A stretch of DNA of 64,000 nucleotides from the NCBI GenBank assembly GCA_001643675.2, contig LSRY02000013.1, positions 1,364,001-1,428,000 of the forward strand, read 5' to 3'. The notes beneath the pieces were generated by a model that was not told the origin of the DNA, did not search any database, and saw only the letters and a program-made list of their open reading frames with translations. Below are positions 58,044 to 64,000 of the stretch, piece by piece. Origin of the DNA: Monocercomonoides exilis PA203 (lineage: Eukaryota > Protista > Preaxostyla). Each line of letters opens with the position of its first letter. Position 1 is the first letter of the stretch. The position numbers and the translations under genes are program-made.

Positions 58044-59355
58044 CAATCATACAAATATTTTCACTTAAAACAAAGAAAGAACACATGTTGATTATCTAGA
58101 AGAAAGATTTGTTTTAAAACACGTGTTTTCATCATAAAATAACAAAAAACAAACCTCGATACAACGTCAATGTGGAGAAAAATTGTTGAAAGAACATTTT
58201 GAAATAAAGTTATGGAATTTTTTTCTCATTGAAAAGAGTTCAAAACACATATTTTTTAATCAATTTTAATGAATATTGTTGTTTTAATAATTATAAAACG
58301 AATGAGCTCTAATTGAATATTTGCATTTTCTCGTTCTTGAAAGAACAAAAAAGCGAAAAATTTTTCATAGATTTTTGATCCGAAAATTTGAGATACATTT
58401 TTCGAAAAAAAGGTCACACCTTGGTACCCCCTTTTTTGACATGTTTCACGCACCTTCATAACAACAAATCGATTCGTGCGAAAAAAATGCCACCCAAGGT
58501 GTGACCATCGAGGGATACCTTAAAAATATTTTTTCCTTATGATCATATCCATAATTTTTTGAAATACGCTATCAATTGTGTGAACAATTAGTTATAAACC
58601 GATTATTTATCATTCATTGTCTGCACGAAAATTTAACATTCTGACATTATTATGAGAGATATTGGGTTGAACGCTGTTTTTGTGAAAAAAGTTTTTTCTA
58701 TTTTATTAATGAAAGTTTTGTAAATGAATAATTTTTTTTCACTTTTTTAAATCTTCAAAATTTAAAAAGAATAAATTATCTCGAGTAGTTTTCAGAAAGT
58801 TTATAATATGAACAAAAAATGTCTCATCATTATTGTTCAAATAAAAAAGAATTTTACATTTGATTTTGAACAAATAAATGGGAAAAACATAGAATTTCTT
58901 CAAGGTTGTTTTTGTGAAAAAAATATATTTATCTATAATTTCAAATATAAAATTTCGTCATCCAAACATATATTAACAATTTTATCCTTTAGTAAAAATT
59001 AAAAAATCAAAAAGTTTTACAAAACTTTCATCTCTTATTACATTTTTTCTTGAAATAACATATTTTTTGCTGAAATCAAACAACTCCATATTTATGAAAA
59101 AAAGAAAAATAGAAAATCAATAAAATATTTAATATTGTTAATAATAAGAATTTTTGTAATTACTTTTTTTTAAATTTTGTGATTATATTTATGAGCTTTT
59201 TGTATTGCTATGTATCTTTTGAGAAAATAAAATTAGAAGAAAGAAAATTAGAATACAAAAAATAAAAATAAAAATTAAAAACTAGTGAATGATTGCCGAA
59301 TTTCAAGGATTTTGTCATATTGAAAATTCCATAATAAATAAAGTATTTCACAAAC

Positions 59356-62300
59356 ATGTCCTTTTTGAAACCTCAATCAACTCTTAATTCAAGATCGAAA
59401 ATTCTTTGGAAAGAAATTGAACGCATCGGTGGAGATGACATGAATTCATTGCTTGTCTATTTATTTTTCAACTACAGGCAATCATCTTCAGTAATTAACG
59501 ATTTGTTAAAGTCATTAAACGGTTTGATTATAATTTTGTCAAATTTCATATAGAAAAATTTATGGACTGTCATTGTTGTCATTTTCTTATTTATTTGTTA
59601 ATTATTTATATTTTGAAACAGAATATCACATTAAGCTGCTGGAAGACCTGTCTGTGGTGTACAACAATGCTCCGTTGCACACTCAGACAACAATGCTTCA
59701 AGCACTGTCCCGCAACACATCATTATCCGATTTACTGGACTATGGATATGATGTCACAGAAGGAAAATTTATTTACGCCAAACAAACACTGAAGAAAAAC
59801 CGTGGCTTTATCATCCAGCCTCAAAAACCTCATCTTCCGTCTTGCAAAAGTGGTTTGAAATATTCAAAATTTTTTTGAATAATTTTCTCTGTTTATTTAG
59901 GTTTGAATGAACAGGACTGGGAAAAGGGAAACCACTGGATGTTAGCCCATTCGACTGAAGCCTCAACTTCGCTTCAGTCAGCAAAGAAAAAGCAGCGAGC
60001 TGAGCCAGACTATGCGAGATATATTGATGAAAATGCTTGGGAAGAAGAGATTATTACTGAAAATTCTTCTTCAATTAAAAAACAATCTTCTTCTTCTTCA
60101 ACATCATCTCGACATAATAAAAAATCAAATGTCGTTTCAGAAAAAAATTCTCCTTCTTCAAATACTTCTTCTTTTCAAGCTGTTGAAGCCCCAATCAGCA
60201 CTCCAATGAAAAGACAAAGAGATTCAACAAAAAGAAAAACAAATAAATCACATCATAAACGGCATTCGTCTCCATCTCCAATACCAATTCACAAACTTTT
60301 CAAACAAAAAACAACCACATCATCCACATCATCTCTTTCATATTCTTCATCTTTCTCCTCTTCTTCTCCTTCTCCTTCTAATTTTATCTCATGTTCCTCA
60401 TCTTCCTCATCTTCCTCATCTTCCTCATCTTTTAAAAAGAAACAAAAAGATAATATAAATTCTTCTCCTATTGAAGAATCTTCAGCTTCCTTTTTCAACA
60501 ATGATGTGTGGGTCAGTGATCAATTAGTAGAATATGCCACTTCACCCAATCTTATTCCACCTCAAGCATTTCAAAATCTACTTTCATCATTTTCAAAAGA
60601 CTATGACACTGCAACTATTCAACAACAAAGCATTCAATCTTCAAATAATGAAACATCTTTTCTTAAAAATATTTCAGAAAATATTTTAAAAAAGAATGCT
60701 AAAGAAACTTCAATTAAAAATCTTTCTTATTCTCAATCTTCTTAAAATTCATTTAATACTTCGAAAACATCATCACAAAAAGCAAAAGGATTACCAAACT
60801 TAGGCAACACATGCTATCTGGCCTCTCTTCTTCAATGCTTATCTTCAATCATTTCACAAAAGCCATCTTTACTCAAAAAGCAAACAGCAATAAAAACAAT
60901 GTCTTCTCGTGTTTTGAGTGTTTGTCAGCAACTTGCCAAAGATGGTTCATCAGTGCGTTCGTGGGTCCCATCACTGATCAACAAATGGGAAGACTATTGT
61001 GGATATGGCAGCAGACAGCAACAAAACGTGGCTGAAGCATTTGACAATCTTCACCAACTTCTTCAAAAAGATGATATAATAAACAAGGACACCTTCAATC
61101 CAGTGCTCATTACTCATTTCAAATGTCAAAAATGTCAAAAAATTTCTAATCATTTTGATGAATCTTGTTGCAATGTTATCATAAATTCATCCTCTCCTCA
61201 TAAAGGTCTATCTTCTATCTTTTCAACTGAGATATTGAACGGAAAAAATGCTGTCAATTGCAACGATTGCAAAGAGAAATGCTGCGCTGCGAGATGGGAG
61301 GAAATTGCTGCATTTCCAGAGGTGCTGGCCCTTTGTCACGAATGTGCAGACTCTGCTAGCTCTGCTCCTTCAAGAACATTGCTGATAGAAACAGATCGTG
61401 TTAACCAGCGCACTTTCTGCAAAGGGTTTTCAACAGAAAGAATTCAACGTCTTCAAAAAGATAATCAGGAAACGATCATTTATCTTCTTTCAGAGAAAAT
61501 ACTATTTAAGCGTTTGGATCAAAGAAATGGACATTTCATCGCAGTTGTGAAAAGGAAGACAAGAAGTGATGTATTGTGGAATATTTGCAATGATGAAAGT
61601 GTTTCTGAATTTGATAAAGATAATTGGAATTCATCATGGAAAGATATTTACGCTCAAGGTTTCACTCCTTCACTCTCATTCTATATCAAAGAAGAAACAA
61701 AACCAACGTTATCATTCATTCAATTTGGTGGCTCCTTCTCTTCTTCTTTAGAACCATCAAATAATAACACTTCAAAGGACATATCATCATCATCATCATC
61801 ATCATCATCGTTCATCACACCCCCTCATCGAACAACTTCCATTCCTCCACTGTCTTCGTCAATAACTGCTAACTATGAATTGGAAGCACTGAAAGAAAGA
61901 AGAAAGAAAACGGGCATCTTTTCTCCCAACGAAAAGAGATTAATCTTCAAGCCCAAGACGAAATTATGGAAAGAGTTTGCAGATGAAACAAACATCAAAG
62001 TTTCATTATCACATTTCTCCAAACTCACCACCAACTTTTCCAAAGCAAAAAGGCGCACAGATCTCTGTGGTATGTGTGAGAAGTTGAACTATTTGGAGAA
62101 TAAACTCAAATCTTCACAAAACAAAAATGGACTTTCTTCTGCCGAGTTTCACACTCTGAAACTTCTTCGTCAACACCGACTTGTTGCAGAAATGCAACGA
62201 AAACATTATCAATCGACTGTCGACAATCTGAAAGAGGGAGAAGCAGTCTTCGTCTTCGACTTCAAAGAAAAATGGAAACTCCCTGTCAGAAAGAACCAAC

Positions 62301-63175
62301 TTCAACAAGAGTTTTTCAACTATCAACAAGTTTCTCAATTCACCGTCATCTCACTTCAGAAAATTAATAATCAACAAATAAAACAAACATTCAACTTCTT
62401 CTCCAACTGCCTTTCAAATGATCACAGATTTGTTATAGAGTGTCTGGAATCTGTGATCAAAAAACACTTCTTCACAGACACTCACACTTTTAAGTTCTTC
62501 TGCGATTCTGGTCCACACAACCGAAATCGCTTCCTTCTTCACTTCATCCTCTCTATACAATCTAAACTTCTCAAAAAGAAAAATACACAACTCAACTTCT
62601 TAGCTGAGCATCATGGAAAAAATATATGCGATGGTGAATTTGGTGCACTTGTGAACACAATCAACAACAACATATCAACTGAACACATCACCACAATTCA
62701 TGACTTAATCAACTTCTTCGACAACAATATGAACATATCAGCATCTGCTTCTTCGACATCACAATCGAACAACTTCTCAACAACATCATCAAACTCTTCA
62801 CCATCTTCAACATCTGTCAATGACTCTGTGCATGAGAGGTACTTTGAAGAATATGTACCATCTCAACAAATCTCATGGCCATCATTGTCAGTTCCCCACA
62901 TGAAAGACTATTTGTATTTTGAGCGCAAAGGCTCATTTGTCTCTGCTTCAGCTGTTGGATATCTTCCTCAACGCTCTCTGGTTGCCCTCGAATCTTCAAC
63001 AATGAAAGAAAAGGTTCAACGAACAAGGAAGTCATTTCACTCTGATATCACATCATCAAACTCTTCTCTTCTTTCTCAATCTTCTCAAGATCTTCTTTCA
63101 AGGAGATTTGAGCTTCTTCGTGACTCTTCTTCTATTAATGAATCTCAAAATTGTATTAATGGTGTCCCTTATTAA
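59356..63175 (+). pseudogene. USP (peptidase C19) deubiquitinase fused to a Sola-like DDD transposase; exons 59356-59521, 59622-59852, 59901-63175; single in-frame TAA at 60743
   Basis: Cys box GLPNLGNTCYLASLLQCL (C 60812), QQNVAEAF, two CxxC pairs, His box NGHFIAVV (H 61532), WNICNDESVS. Then DLCGMC..H, FVFDFKE (D 62258), FCDSGPH (D 62504), HHGKNICDG (D 62630). Two GT-AG phase-1 introns. Confidence 0.8.
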
Positions 63176-63179
63176 GAAA

Positions 63180-63317
63180 CTAGTTGTTGTGCATGCTTAG
63201 CTGGCACTCTATCGGAAGGGTGCTGGACATGACTGTTCGTATTAGATACTGCAGCCTTTGGGCTGCTTTATCCGGACCTGGATACGACGAACAGCCTCCC
63301 AGGTGCACAATTATTAG
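63180..63317 (+). other. GC-rich multi-stem element directly after the transposase stop codon (candidate structured RNA)
   Basis: Five nested or adjacent helices readable by eye (see findings). Confidence 0.55.
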
Positions 63318-64000
63318 AATTCGATTATTTTCTTGTGGTTTTTGTCCCTATAATGTCCCTATAATTAAATTGGTTATTGTCCCGCTTATATTTGTATTTA
63401 TCGAGATTCATTAATGGAGAAAGTTTTGAGGGAATTCATTGATCTTTGAGTGAGGTTTTTTAGAAGAAAGAATTGTTGAGAGTGTGAAGTGATGTTTCAT
63501 CACTGTGTTTGCCTTTTTTCTCTCTTGGATTTGATCTTTTTGAGTTAGGAAAAGAGAAATATCAGAAAGGGTGGAGTGGGTAGAAAACAAAGGATTAACA
63601 GTCAAGTTTGTTTTTGAACCTAAAGTATATGTATTCTTTTGTGTTTTGAATTGACTAAGATACCATGAATTTGTTGATATAGTAATGCTTTTTATTGTAT
63701 CTTTTATTGTTCAGGATATTTGGTAATTTGATAATGAAGAGTGATAATTTCGTGAGAATGTATTTGAAAATGAATAAGTCTGTGTTTGCTTGAATGAACA
63801 AGATGTTAATATTGTTTATTTTGTTTATCGTTTGATGTTTCTAAAAGTTTTTTGAAATTGTTTTTATTTGTTTTGTTTTGTTTTCAAGTGTTTCAGTTTT
63901 TTTGTTTGTTTGTTGTTGTTTCATAGAATCAATACATTTATTTCGAAACATATCCAACAGTGTGCAAAGTGAACTGGTTTTATTACTAAAAAAATTTTAA

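Noticed and set aside
60743-60745. In-frame TAA as evidence of a TAA/TAG=Gln genetic code (known in some oxymonads)
   Set aside because: The 2595-aa and 1104-aa ORFs contain no in-frame TAA/TAG, and several genes end at TAA (5330, 21799, 44762, 46081, 63175). A single nonsense mutation or sequencing error is simpler.
62800-63317. Fanzor/TnpB with omega-RNA
   Set aside because: The upstream protein shows no RuvC/zinc-finger TnpB motif order; its C-terminus is a DDD core plus a Ser-rich tail.

Overview
AT-rich eukaryotic DNA with short GT-AG introns and the standard genetic code. The expanded gene families suggest an oxymonad such as Monocercomonoides (inference). The window is dominated by mobile DNA. 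(1) 1-10984 is a gap-free stack of at least seven TIR DNA transposons joined only by TA/(TA)n. It comprises two DDE_Tnp_4 (PIF/Harbinger-ISL2EU group) coding elements, one non-autonomous derivative, the end of a further relative and three pogo/Fot1-like DD35D elements, and it ends 4-6 bp upstream of an intact tRNA-Asn(GTT) gene, suggesting Pol III-gene-targeted integration by two unrelated superfamilies. (2) Fragments and one intact 2595-aa member of a beta-helix/TM/kinase-like receptor family, an inverted duplication and a MITE with a 4-bp TSD. (3) Two DIRS-type tyrosine-recombinase retrotransposons: one decayed, one nearly intact with ITRs and ICR and lying at the junction of a tandem duplication. 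(4) A Tc1 relic and a long polypurine microsatellite. (5) A spliced gene fusing a USP (C19) deubiquitinase to a Sola-like DDD transposase, with one in-frame TAA, followed immediately by a GC-rich multi-stem element. All assignments are by-eye motif reading; no searches were run.
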